IMG/VR virus record: IMGVR_UViG_3300029582_000347
Coordinates: 1-26,455 of that record
Source: a virus
DNA: 26,455 bases
Reading direction: 5' to 3' (one strand)
The notes beneath the pieces were generated by a model. It saw nothing but the letters and a program-made list of their open reading frames with translations, made no database searches and was not told where the DNA came from. The translations under genes were made by a program, and so were the position numbers. This document shows positions 7,325 to 15,806 of the stretch, one piece after another; the first letter of the stretch is position 1, and each line of letters begins with the position of its first letter.

Positions 7325-8248
7325 AGGGCTAATCTATTTTATTCAGCTGTTCAGTTTACCGATGTCCTGACCGCCTTTTCCGTGGGAGCGGGGAATACGG
7401 AACGGGACTCCATGATCAACCGCATCGCTCCGCTCGTCCCGGTATACGATATTTCCTTCCAATATATGGTATTGGACACGCCGGCCGCGTTTACGGTGGA
7501 ACCCATCCAGGTGGCGCCCGGTGAACCTCCCCGCCAGACTTCCATGCTCGGACGGACCGAAACCGATACCCTGCAGGCGTACGCGCTTACGGATCCGATT
7601 CCCGATATTATGCTGGGGGTCAACAGGGAAAAGGCGCAGGCGATTCTGCTCGCCCATGCCCGCTTCCTGGAATCGAAATTCGTCACATCTTACGAATACC
7701 AGCGCGCCAAGCTCATCGAGAGCCAGGTTCCGGCAGCGTCCGGTTATGGAGATTGGGACAATGCGCAGAAAAACCCGCTGACGGATTTGGACAACGCGAT
7801 CCGCACCATCAATGCCACTGCCGGGAAAATGCCGAATACGATTGTTTTCGGCGCCAATGCCTGGGCCCGGCTTCGGTCGAACCCGCTGGCAAGGCAGGTA
7901 GTGTCGCACAACAGCGTCGGCCTGTTCGACGAAGATCTGCTGAACAGATCGCTGTATACGCGGATGAAGGAAGTCTACGTCAACAACATGCCTTTCTACG
8001 ACCCCTCCGGTCAAGGGAAGACAATGATGGAAGACGACGTCTACATCCTCTACAAAGAAGATTCTCCGACGCAGTTTGACGCCTCGGCTATCAAGACCTT
8101 CGGGCTGAACGGACAGTTCCGCCGGGAAGTAACGACGGAATACTTCCCGACCAACAAGGAAACAAAGGTGACCAACCGGGTTTACTCGTTGACCAAGCTG
8201 ACCAACCCCGGCGCGATTATCCGCATCAACACGGCGTCCGCCGATTAA
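7325..8248 (+). CDS. Major capsid protein (protein E-like)
   Basis: E-family-like pattern: DWDNAQKNPLTDLDNAIRTINATAGKMPNTIVFGANAWARLRSNPL. Size and position fit. Canonical candidate starts are GTG 7382 and ATG 7412. The start given here is the in-frame AGG at 7325, the weakest of the AGG cases. Confidence 0.7.
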   Translation, partial: RANLFYSAVQFTDVLTAFSVGAGNTERDSMINRIAPLVPVYDISFQYMVLDTPAAFTVEPIQVAPGEPPRQTSMLGRTETDTLQAYALTDPIPDIMLGVNREKAQAILLAHARFLESKFVTSYEYQRAKLIESQVPAASGYGDWDNAQKNPLTDLDNAIRTINATAGKMPNTIVFGANAWARLRSNPLARQVVSHNSVGLFDEDLLNRSLYTRMKEVYVNNMPFYDPSGQGKTMMEDDVYILYKEDSPTQFDASAIKTFGLNGQFRREVTTEYFPTNKETKVTNRVYSLTKLTNPGAIIRINTASAD

Positions 8249-8268
8249 CCCCAACGCCCGCCTCCATC

Positions 8269-8745
8269 ATGTCCGCCTTTCCCGCCTGGTCCACAATCTC
8301 CACGGATGAAGCCGACCGCCTTCTCGGCCTCAATACCATGGAGCGCAACGCCCTGGTGAAGGCCGGGGAGCAGCGCAGCCTGGACTACCAGGGCGTCATG
8401 ATGGAGGCGGTCAACGACGTCTGCATGACCATCCGCGGGGCGCTGGCCAACAACCTCGCCCTGCGGCAATCGCTCCAAAACAGCGGCATGTACGACATTC
8501 CGCAGAGCATGCGCGCCCTGGCATGGCCGATGATCATCCGGCAGCTCTACCTGCGCTACCAGCTCAACCTGACCGAAACGCGCCAGAAAGCCGCCGAATC
8601 GGCCGACGCGATGCTGGCTCTCTATGCCCGGGGCGACATGCTGCCCGAGAGCGTGGACGGATCCGCTCCCGCGGACCCCGCCTACATGATGCCGCGCTAC
8701 ACGCGCCGGCCCTGGTTCAACCCGATGCGAAGCACCTACCGATGA
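8269..8745 (+). CDS. Putative head completion / head-tail connector protein
   Basis: 158-aa ORF with ATG start immediately after the capsid gene. The DUF1320-like assignment is by position and loose pattern only. Confidence 0.45.
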   Translation: MSAFPAWSTISTDEADRLLGLNTMERNALVKAGEQRSLDYQGVMMEAVNDVCMTIRGALANNLALRQSLQNSGMYDIPQSMRALAWPMIIRQLYLRYQLNLTETRQKAAESADAMLALYARGDMLPESVDGSAPADPAYMMPRYTRRPWFNPMRSTYR

Positions 8746-9878
8746 TGACCGCCGCCCAGAGAGAGATGATCGCCAACGACTACGCCGAGCGCGCCTTTTT
8801 CGTCTCCGGCGTGGAACCCGGCGTCATCCTGTCCGATTTCGAGGATAAGGCTGCGAAAGTCGCGTCCGGCGCCTTGAGCTACGAGGAAGCGCAGCAGGCC
8901 ATCCGCGAAACCCTGCGCCAGCAGGGCTACCGTCCCCCGGCGACGGGTCAGGGAGGCATTCGGGATTTGTCTTCCTGGGTCCGCATCCAGGTCGTGATGG
9001 AAACCAACGCGGCCATGGCCCACGGATACCGGAACTGGTACAACTGGACGCAGGATGAAGACACGGCCGCCTTCAAATTTTACCGCTCCCAGGGCAGGGA
9101 AGACCCGCGCTATTGGGCCGAACGCTGGAACCGGGCCAGAGCGGGGCTGGAAGAAGAAGCCACGGAGGCGGTATCCTCCGGATTCATCCGGGGGGAGACC
9201 GTCGGCTATGCCCTGGCGTCCTCCGACATCTGGGTCCGTCTGTCGCGGTTCGGCACGCCTTACCCTCCCTTTGACTACCTGTCCGGAATGAACATCGCTC
9301 CCATCGGAGCCGAAGAAGCCCGCGCTGCCGGGCTGGACGTTTCCCGCGTCCGTCCCGCTCCGGCCAGCTTCAACGCCACACTGGAAAGCAATGCCCAGGG
9401 CGTGACGGAAGCCAACAAGAAGAAGATCCGCGGCATCCTGAAAGACGCCCTGCGCGTCAACAACGAAAACGACGGCAATACCACCTTTGTCTATACCGAC
9501 CCCAACGGCACGCGGCCTTACACGGACGCGGAACTGGCGGAACTCCTGTCCGGGGATTTCCCGGAAGAGATTCCCTTGCGGCAGGCCCAGGCCTTCCGCC
9601 TGGCGGCAGCCGGGGGAGCGGTGGCCGGAACGCTGGCATCCCTCTACCTGGACCGCCTGCTGGACCGCCTGTTCTCCGAGCCGGAAGGCGTCTGGTTCGC
9701 CCGCCCGGCGGATGTGGCTGCCGCGTCGTCCCGCCAGTTCATCCCCGTCTCCCGGAAGGAAGAGGGGGAATTCACCTGGCGCCTTGCCTCCGGGCACGTC
9801 AAAAAAGTGGAAGACGTCGCCGGAGCTCTCCGCGTGGAACTGGCAACCCCTTACGTTTTGCCCGTCAAATGGCTGTAA
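8742..9878 (+). CDS. Virion morphogenesis protein, unknown family (possibly minor head protein)
   Basis: Start MMTAAQ at 8742 overlaps the upstream stop (ATGA). The track start at 8523 is out-of-frame overlap with the previous gene. Codon usage is good throughout. Confidence 0.55.
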   Translation: MMTAAQREMIANDYAERAFFVSGVEPGVILSDFEDKAAKVASGALSYEEAQQAIRETLRQQGYRPPATGQGGIRDLSSWVRIQVVMETNAAMAHGYRNWYNWTQDEDTAAFKFYRSQGREDPRYWAERWNRARAGLEEEATEAVSSGFIRGETVGYALASSDIWVRLSRFGTPYPPFDYLSGMNIAPIGAEEARAAGLDVSRVRPAPASFNATLESNAQGVTEANKKKIRGILKDALRVNNENDGNTTFVYTDPNGTRPYTDAELAELLSGDFPEEIPLRQAQAFRLAAAGGAVAGTLASLYLDRLLDRLFSEPEGVWFARPADVAAASSRQFIPVSRKEEGEFTWRLASGHVKKVEDVAGALRVELATPYVLPVKWL

Positions 9879-10534
9879 CCATCCATATCGACAAGACCGC
9901 GATTGACCGGGCGTTTGCCGAGATGGAGTCGTCTGCGGCCCGGCACAAAACGGCCATCCGCAAAGCGGGCGTCGCCCTCAGCCTGCTTATTCAGGAAACC
10001 CTGCGGCAGCAGGGCAAGGACTACTACGACGGCGCGGCGGATGCCACCTCCATGGAAGAAACCGCCGAGGGCGTCAGCGTCTCCATCGCCTGGCGCGGCA
10101 TCGGCCTGCACTGGCTCGGCACGCAGGGCTATCTGGGCGGCCCGCTCCGGCCCACCGGGCGCACCTCGGAAATCACGGGGCAGCCGATCCAAAACCTTGC
10201 GATTCCCACCATCAACGCCCCGCGGGGGCATGGAGGAGCCCGGAGCATTTACAGCGCCGGGTTCCGCAAAGATGATTTGCAATTCATCCCCTCCAAAAAC
10301 GGAGGACGCAACGGCAATGTGACTGGCGTCCTCATCCTCAAGACGGCGCAGTCGTCCACCGGAAAGAAAGCGGCCCGGAAACTGTTCCGCAAAGGCGCCA
10401 GGACCGGGGACGTCCTCTACGTGCTGTGCCGCGAAGTCACGATCCCGCCCACGCCGGGGATTCTCCCGACGCTGGACCGGATGGCGCAGCGCGCCGCGGA
10501 AACCTACCTCGCCAACATCGGAAACGAATCATGA
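9869..10534 (+). CDS. Hypothetical head-tail joining protein
   Basis: 221-aa ORF with ATG 9869, overlapping the upstream end by 10 nt. Located in the head-tail adaptor region. Confidence 0.5.
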   Translation: MAVTIHIDKTAIDRAFAEMESSAARHKTAIRKAGVALSLLIQETLRQQGKDYYDGAADATSMEETAEGVSVSIAWRGIGLHWLGTQGYLGGPLRPTGRTSEITGQPIQNLAIPTINAPRGHGGARSIYSAGFRKDDLQFIPSKNGGRNGNVTGVLILKTAQSSTGKKAARKLFRKGARTGDVLYVLCREVTIPPTPGILPTLDRMAQRAAETYLANIGNES

Positions 10535-11043
10535 TCCCCTCCCTTGACCAAACCATGTGCCGGCGCATCATTGAGCGCCTGCAGAGCCTCGGAACATTGG
10601 ACTGCCATATCTTTGAGCGGCCCTTTGATCCCCAGTACGCCGCCAATGACATCATCATGTCGGCGATGGGAAACAACGGCGTGGTGCTGGTGTGTCCGGG
10701 AGACGCGGACGAATACCAGGACGGGCACGGGCAGACGGAAGCGCCGACCATGTGGCGGCAGTATTTCATCATTGCCGCCGTCTACCACAACGCGGCCCTG
10801 TTCCCCCCGGAATGCCTGACGCCCGACTACTACCTGCGGGCGGTAGGCGACGAAATTGAAGAAGCCCTGTGGAACTGGAACCCTTTTCCCTTTGCCGCGC
10901 CTGCGATGATGAAACCGAAAATCAAAGGCCGTTTTTCCTCTTCCGCCGTCATCGACGGCGAGAAGCGGCAAATGAACGTTTTGACCGTGGATTACCGCGT
11001 CCCGGTCAATATTAACATCAGAAACAACCCGCAATTACAATGA
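10531..11043 (+). CDS. Hypothetical head-tail joining / tail completion protein
   Basis: ATG 10531 overlaps the upstream stop (ATGA). The track start at 10426 lies inside the upstream gene. Confidence 0.5.
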   Translation: MIPSLDQTMCRRIIERLQSLGTLDCHIFERPFDPQYAANDIIMSAMGNNGVVLVCPGDADEYQDGHGQTEAPTMWRQYFIIAAVYHNAALFPPECLTPDYYLRAVGDEIEEALWNWNPFPFAAPAMMKPKIKGRFSSSAVIDGEKRQMNVLTVDYRVPVNINIRNNPQLQ

Positions 11044-11348
11044 GCAGAAGAGCAACAAAGAAGAAACAGGACGCCAGGCAAGTCCCGGCGGAACCCGAAG
11101 CAGCCGGGGAATCTCCGGATCAAACGCCGGCAACGCCGGATGAACTCTCTGGATCCGACGATGAACCATCGTCCACGCCCGACCAAACGCCGGCAACGCC
11201 CGGCAAGAAGGCCGTCCGGGTCATTCGCACCCGTGCGGAACTGGACGGGGGGCTGATTATCAGCCTTTCCATGAAAACCGATACCCCGGAACTTCCCGCG
11301 CCCGTCGCGGAAGCTCTGCAAACCCTCAACCTTGTTGACATTAAATGA
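11040..11348 (+). CDS. Hypothetical protein with Pro/acidic repeat N-terminus
   Basis: ATGA-coupled start. Contains two PDQTPATP repeats, from a 17-nt direct repeat at 11121-11137 and 11184-11200. Confidence 0.5.
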   Translation: MSRRATKKKQDARQVPAEPEAAGESPDQTPATPDELSGSDDEPSSTPDQTPATPGKKAVRVIRTRAELDGGLIISLSMKTDTPELPAPVAEALQTLNLVDIK

Positions 11349-11542
11349 GCAAAGCAACTGCCGCCAATACAGAACCGGACAAAAAGACGGAGCAGGCCGC
11401 CGTCATCGACACGAACATCCTCATTCTCGCCAAAGAAGTGCGGATAGGGCGTTCAACGTTCTTGAAAGGAGCGCATATTCGTGTTACGAAAGAACTCGCC
11501 AATAAACTGGAAGCCGACGGCAAGGCATCCATCATCTACTAA
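11345..11542 (+). CDS. Hypothetical small protein
   Basis: 65-aa ORF with ATGA-coupled start, same strand, within the structural operon. Confidence 0.45.
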   Translation: MSKATAANTEPDKKTEQAAVIDTNILILAKEVRIGRSTFLKGAHIRVTKELANKLEADGKASIIY

Positions 11543-11556
11543 CCATTTCAAGCATC

Positions 11557-12207
11557 AGGGCTACTACATACGACCCCACTTTTAGCAACCGCAACGTGAC
11601 GCCGCAGATTACCGGCGTTCTGGCTATTTTCCTTCCCGACGGGATCAAGGTGACCGAGGACGAGGGAGCTTCTTACGTCACCGGGCCGGACCAGTTTCCG
11701 ACGCCTCCGACATCTCCGCCGACGGATCCGACCGCCGGGCCCGAAGCGCCCTGGGTGAGCTTCGGGCTGCTGGGCGCGTTCCAGTCCGTCGCCACGCAAG
11801 TCGAAGGAGAAGTGACGCGCTTTTACGGCGGCGCGCTGGGCTACCGCCAGCAGCGCAAGAACACGACGACCGGCAAGCGCCTGACCTTTACCACGCCGGA
11901 CATGTCCCCCGAATGGTTCCAGCTGTCTTTCGCTCTGGGAGCGCCTCCCGCCAATGGAGAGGAATCGACCACCGTCGGACATGGCGGCGACAACAAGATT
12001 GAGGGGTATCTTCACTTCTGGTACCAGAACGACGTCGGCACGATCTATCTGGTCGGAACGGCGCATGGCGCGTTGCGCCTCCTTCAGGATCCGGAACATA
12101 CCACGGCGATCGCTTCGCCCCAGTTCGAGTTCGAGATGGATTACCGCGGCAAGTACCAGTTCACGCCTTCCAATGTGCAGGACGTGACGCCGACGCCGGG
12201 TTCCTGA
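11557..12207 (+). CDS. Putative major tail protein
   Basis: About 216-aa ORF after the head-tail joining genes, followed by a hairpin terminator, which is typical for a highly expressed major structural gene. The track start is GTG 11596. The start given here is the in-frame AGG at 11557, giving MATTYDPTFSN. Confidence 0.45.
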   Translation, partial: RATTYDPTFSNRNVTPQITGVLAIFLPDGIKVTEDEGASYVTGPDQFPTPPTSPPTDPTAGPEAPWVSFGLLGAFQSVATQVEGEVTRFYGGALGYRQQRKNTTTGKRLTFTTPDMSPEWFQLSFALGAPPANGEESTTVGHGGDNKIEGYLHFWYQNDVGTIYLVGTAHGALRLLQDPEHTTAIASPQFEFEMDYRGKYQFTPSNVQDVTPTPGS

Positions 12208-12219
12208 CGTGTTTCACCA

Positions 12220-12254
12220 GGGGGCGGATGACGCCCCCGCATCCTTGTTTTTTT
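12220..12254 (+). terminator. Rho-independent-type terminator/attenuator after the major tail gene
   Basis: GGGGGCG (12220-12226), loop GATGA, CGCCCCC (12232-12238), then GCATCCTTG and T7 (12248-12254). The U-tract sits 9 nt from the stem, so this is only moderately canonical. Confidence 0.5.
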
Positions 12255-12255
12255 C

Positions 12256-14259
12256 AGGCAGCAGGCAGGCAAATATGATATCAGGACCGTCACGGGGCTG
12301 AACCAGTCCCTGGTCGTCCGCGTCGTGGATTTCCAGGGTGACCCCGTCGATATGAGCGGCGTCACCCTGCGCGGAGCCGTCCGCCTCAAGACGGGCGTGA
12401 CGGAGTTCGGCTTTTCTCGAGACGACGAGGGCAACGGCGTGATTTCCTGGGAGTCGGTGCCTGCGGGCATGTGGTCCTATGACGTCTTCATGGACGACGG
12501 CAGCGAAGAAAGCCCCCTTCTCTACGGTTGCTTTGTTTCTTCGGGCCGGGTAACGCCGGACTTGCCCGGCGAGCAGCAGGCCGTGGCGGGCGCGGTCGTC
12601 GTGCAGCTGCCGGAAGGAAGCGGCTGCGTGCAGGTAGTGCTTGATAATGCGTCCAGCGCCGCCTGGTACGCGGAACAGGCCAAGAAGTACGCGGAGAATT
12701 TTAGCCTGTCCGTTGACGAAGTCACCACCGGGGAACCGGGGACGGCCGCCGCTGCGGAAGCCGTCAAAGGGGAGGCTGCAGGCTCCTATAAGCTCTCCTT
12801 CACCATTCCCCGGGGGGATGTCGGTCCCGAAGGGCCGGCAGGCCCGCAGGGAGAACGGGGCGAAACCGGACCCGAAGGGCCTCAGGGCCCCCGCGGCGAA
12901 ACCGGGGAACGGGGGCCGCAGGGCGAAACGGGAGAGCAGGGCCCGAAGGGAGATCCGGGCCCGGCCGGACCGCAAGGTCCCGAAGGCCCGCAGGGGCCGG
13001 AAGGTCCGGTGGGGCCCCAGGGCCCTCAAGGGGAAAAGGGAGATCCTGGTACTCTGACATCCAACGTTGGCGATGTGAATATCGGGGGAGCCCTGACCGC
13101 GGAGTCAGCTACCGTGAACGGGCCTCTGGTGGTCAACAACCCGGACGGCAGCGGAAGCGTCGGCACGCTGAATCAGATTTACGGGATCACCCGGTTTTAC
13201 CAGTCGGTCGATCTTCGGTCGGGCGGATGGCTGAGAGGGACATTCATGGTAGAGACTGGAATCCTGAATATCAGCCAGGGCGCCAGCTTCAACTGCGCGG
13301 GGACATCCACGTTTTCAAGCGCCCTCAACGCCAATGGAGGCGTCAACATCCCGTTGGCCGTGGGTGCGCCGACCGATACGTCAGCGGTCAATCGCCTGTA
13401 TGCCTCGGGCATGGGAGGCGCAGCCAATGCTTATACGGCGGCGGCTTTCCTGAATACGGACACGCTGACAACTACCGGCACGGCAACGGTGACTAAAACG
13501 GTTCCCTACCAGATGGCCCGCATAGGCATTCCCGCGGGCGCTCACACGACTATTCAGGCCCCCTTTGAAGGCCCCAGTTCCCAATGGAATTATTCTTCCT
13601 GGGCCGGCTTTTCGTTTGTCTGGCGGGCCACGGCCGCAGCGAAGATAACGATGGGCATCGGACGGGGAGCGAAAACAATCAGGGCGGACCTTACCACCGA
13701 CTCCTACACGATTATTCCTGGCAATGACCTGGCATTTAATTCCGGGGAGATTCTGGACATCACCTTTGACAACGTGCGCGATACAACGCGCAACGGATAT
13801 ACGGTGCGGGTGCGGGAAATTTATGCGCTGACGTCCGCCGATGGATGGCAGGTCAAGACGACGACCAGCTTTATCCCGGCGACGCAGAACGAGCCCGTCC
13901 CGTGGACGGTGTGCAAGATTATTTACCAGCAGCAGACGGTTGCCAACAGCAGCGTTTATGAAAACCTGGGAGGCCTCTGGCTGCTGGTCACGGGGGCACA
14001 GACCAACAACCTGTTCAAGATCGCCACCTGCCGGGGCGTCTCCAATTTTGAGACCGGCGTCGGCATTTCCAGATGGGTGACGGATGTGATCAACACCACC
14101 AGCGGCACGGCTTCCGTTTATGCAGGGCCCGGGGAATATGCCTATTACCAGCCGGGCAATGTGAACCCCCTCTTTTACGGGTTGGACGCGATAGGAACGA
14201 ATGCCATTGAATCCGAGGCAACCGCCGCTTTTGAAGATATTAACGTACCAATAGAATGA
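12256..14259 (+). CDS. Tail fibre protein with collagen-like triple-helix repeat
   Basis: 26 uninterrupted G-X-Y triplets, an N-terminal Ig/BppU_N-like segment ([30 protein letters not shown]) and a long C-terminal beta-rich region. The track start is GTG 12325. In-frame AGGs occur at 12256 (used here) and 12283. Confidence 0.8.
   Translation, partial: RQQAGKYDIRTVTGLNQSLVVRVVDFQGDPVDMSGVTLRGAVRLKTGVTEFGFSRDDEGNGVISWESVPAGMWSYDVFMDDGSEESPLLYGCFVSSGRVTPDLPGEQQAVAGAVVVQLPEGSGCVQVVLDNASSAAWYAEQAKKYAENFSLSVDEVTTGEPGTAAAAEAVKGEAAGSYKLSFTIPRGDVGPEGPAGPQGERGETGPEGPQGPRGETGERGPQGETGEQGPKGDPGPAGPQGPEGPQGPEGPVGPQGPQGEKGDPGTLTSNVGDVNIGGALTAESATVNGPLVVNNPDGSGSVGTLNQIYGITRFYQSVDLRSGGWLRGTFMVETGILNISQGASFNCAGTSTFSSALNANGGVNIPLAVGAPTDTSAVNRLYASGMGGAANAYTAAAFLNTDTLTTTGTATVTKTVPYQMARIGIPAGAHTTIQAPFEGPSSQWNYSSWAGFSFVWRATAAAKITMGIGRGAKTIRADLTTDSYTIIPGNDLAFNSGEILDITFDNVRDTTRNGYTVRVREIYALTSADGWQVKTTTSFIPATQNEPVPWTVCKIIYQQQTVANSSVYENLGGLWLLVTGAQTNNLFKIATCRGVSNFETGVGISRWVTDVINTTSGTASVYAGPGEYAYYQPGNVNPLFYGLDAIGTNAIESEATAAFEDINVPIE
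12814..13050 (+). repeat. Collagen-like (G-X-Y)26 coding repeat
   Basis: [18 protein letters not shown] ... GEK GDP G, read directly from frame 1. Confidence 0.95.
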
Positions 14260-14660
14260 ACAGCGCAGAAATACAAATACAGTTCCCGAAACCCGGCGAA
14301 TGGGGAGAATTCACCCTGACGGCCATTTACCCGGACGAGGAAGGGTACACACGCATAGACCGCTATCAACAGAATGATGTACCAGCGGAGCAGACCCCGG
14401 CCATGGCCGCCGTAGTTGCTGCGCTTGTGGGATTGGGTGAGGATTGGCAGGCCGTCCAGGTGTGGGCAACACAGGATTGGTATTACCCGGATCCTGCCAA
14501 TGAGGATGACCCCATTGTGGGAGTGGAGGCGGTGTATCTGGCCGTGGAAGCCGTCAATCCACAGGGCGGGCGCAGGATTTTTACGGACCGCGACTACCCG
14601 GAGTTCATCATTACCGCCCCCGCCGCCGTGGACTTTTTCAAATACTTCACCAAACAATAA
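14256..14660 (+). CDS. Hypothetical protein (possible fibre assembly/accessory protein)
   Basis: 134-aa ORF with ATGA-coupled start to the fibre gene. No recognisable motifs. Confidence 0.45.
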   Translation: MNSAEIQIQFPKPGEWGEFTLTAIYPDEEGYTRIDRYQQNDVPAEQTPAMAAVVAALVGLGEDWQAVQVWATQDWYYPDPANEDDPIVGVEAVYLAVEAVNPQGGRRIFTDRDYPEFIITAPAAVDFFKYFTKQ

Positions 14661-14663
14661 ACC

Positions 14664-14948
14664 ATGAATATCAGCAAAGAAGACATCGAAAAGGCCCAGC
14701 AGGCGGCATCCGCCCGTTGGGGGAATTGGGTCAAGTACGTGATTGCCGCCATCATCGGCGCTCTGGCCACAGCCGGTTATATCACCGTCACGGGGTGCGG
14801 CCATTCCGTGGACGTAACGCCGGACAAGACGGTGGTCTGCAAGGACGGCTCCTGCCTGGTGCTGGAACCGGGCCATATCTCCTATTCACAGGCGCAACCC
14901 GAAACGGACGTTCCGCCCGTTGTGCAGGTAATTCCCTCCAAGAAGTAA
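14664..14948 (+). CDS. Small membrane protein with lipobox-like VTGC (holin or spanin candidate)
   Basis: One hydrophobic helix, WVKYVIAAIIGALATAGYITVTGC. Lies just upstream of the endolysin. Confidence 0.45.
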   Translation: MNISKEDIEKAQQAASARWGNWVKYVIAAIIGALATAGYITVTGCGHSVDVTPDKTVVCKDGSCLVLEPGHISYSQAQPETDVPPVVQVIPSKK

Positions 14949-14952
14949 AACC

Positions 14953-15204
14953 ATGTGCAAACTCTCCGAAGTACCGGCGCGTTTCATGGATTTTGCCAAG
15001 GCGTCACCCGTGTTTGCCTGCGTCATGCTGTCGCTGGTCATTTGCGGCGCGTCCTGCTGGTACATCGGGGATGTCATGGGACACCATAATGACCGGCTGT
15101 GTGACCTGATGACCATGCAGACACAGGCCCAGGTCGAGACGGCCAAGGCGATCCAACTTCTTGCCGTCAGAATTGAGAATATCGAACGGAAGTTGGAAAA
15201 ATAG
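14953..15204 (+). CDS. Small membrane protein with C-terminal coiled coil (holin or i-spanin candidate)
   Basis: TM segment FACVMLSLVICGASCWYIG followed by a heptad-like region QAQVETAKAIQLLAVRIENIERKLEK. Adjacent to the endolysin. Confidence 0.45.
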   Translation: MCKLSEVPARFMDFAKASPVFACVMLSLVICGASCWYIGDVMGHHNDRLCDLMTMQTQAQVETAKAIQLLAVRIENIERKLEK

Positions 15205-15269
15205 GCAACAGTAAAGTTTTTCTTACAAGTTCAATCATATTAACAACCAACCATTAAAGGAGAATACTC

Positions 15270-15800
15270 ATGAAAATAGCCATTGATATTGGCCATGCCA
15301 ACAACACCGGATCCCGCGGGAACGGTCTTGAAGAACACGCCGTCGCCGTGACGATCGCCGAACGCCTTGCCCCCATGCTTCAGAAACTGGGCCCCAAGGT
15401 GGACGTGATTGACTTTCCTGGCATGAGCAATGCCCAGGATTTGAACGCCACCATCAAGGCCGCCAATGAAGGCGGCTATGACTTCGGCATCTCCCTTCAT
15501 TGCGACGCGTCAGACAATCCCCAGGCCCACGGCGCCCATGTGTGTTTTTACCCGGGCAGCGTCAAGGGCAGCAGGCTGGCCATATGCATCGCGGAACCTC
15601 TTTCCCGCCTGCTTCCCGGCCGGGCCAATACCGTGCAGTCGCGTCCGGGCCTCGCCGTCCTGAAAAGGACCCGCTGCCCGTGGGTGCTGTGCGAATGCGG
15701 CTTTATCACCAATCCTGAAAACGCCGCCCTGATGAAGGACCATCCCGGACGCATTGCCGAAGCCATTGCCGAAGGGGTGAAGGACTACCTCAACCAGTAA
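15270..15800 (+). CDS. N-acetylmuramoyl-L-alanine amidase (Amidase_3 family endolysin)
   Basis: IAIDIGHANNTGS...EH...ISLHCDA...GAHVCFY...VLCECGFITNPE matches the Amidase_3 zinc-ligand and fold pattern. AAAGGAGA RBS lies 7 nt upstream of the ATG. Confidence 0.9.
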   Translation: MKIAIDIGHANNTGSRGNGLEEHAVAVTIAERLAPMLQKLGPKVDVIDFPGMSNAQDLNATIKAANEGGYDFGISLHCDASDNPQAHGAHVCFYPGSVKGSRLAICIAEPLSRLLPGRANTVQSRPGLAVLKRTRCPWVLCECGFITNPENAALMKDHPGRIAEAIAEGVKDYLNQ

Positions 15801-15806
15801 CCGCCC

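Noticed and set aside
8523-8741. Track start at 8523 for the 8523-9878 ORF, and similarly 231, 1462 and 10426 for their genes.
   Set aside because: These extensions overlap the preceding gene out of frame and translate to Arg/Pro/Ala-rich junk. ATGA-coupled or RBS-associated internal ATGs at 8742, 279, 1510 and 10531 give clean junctions.
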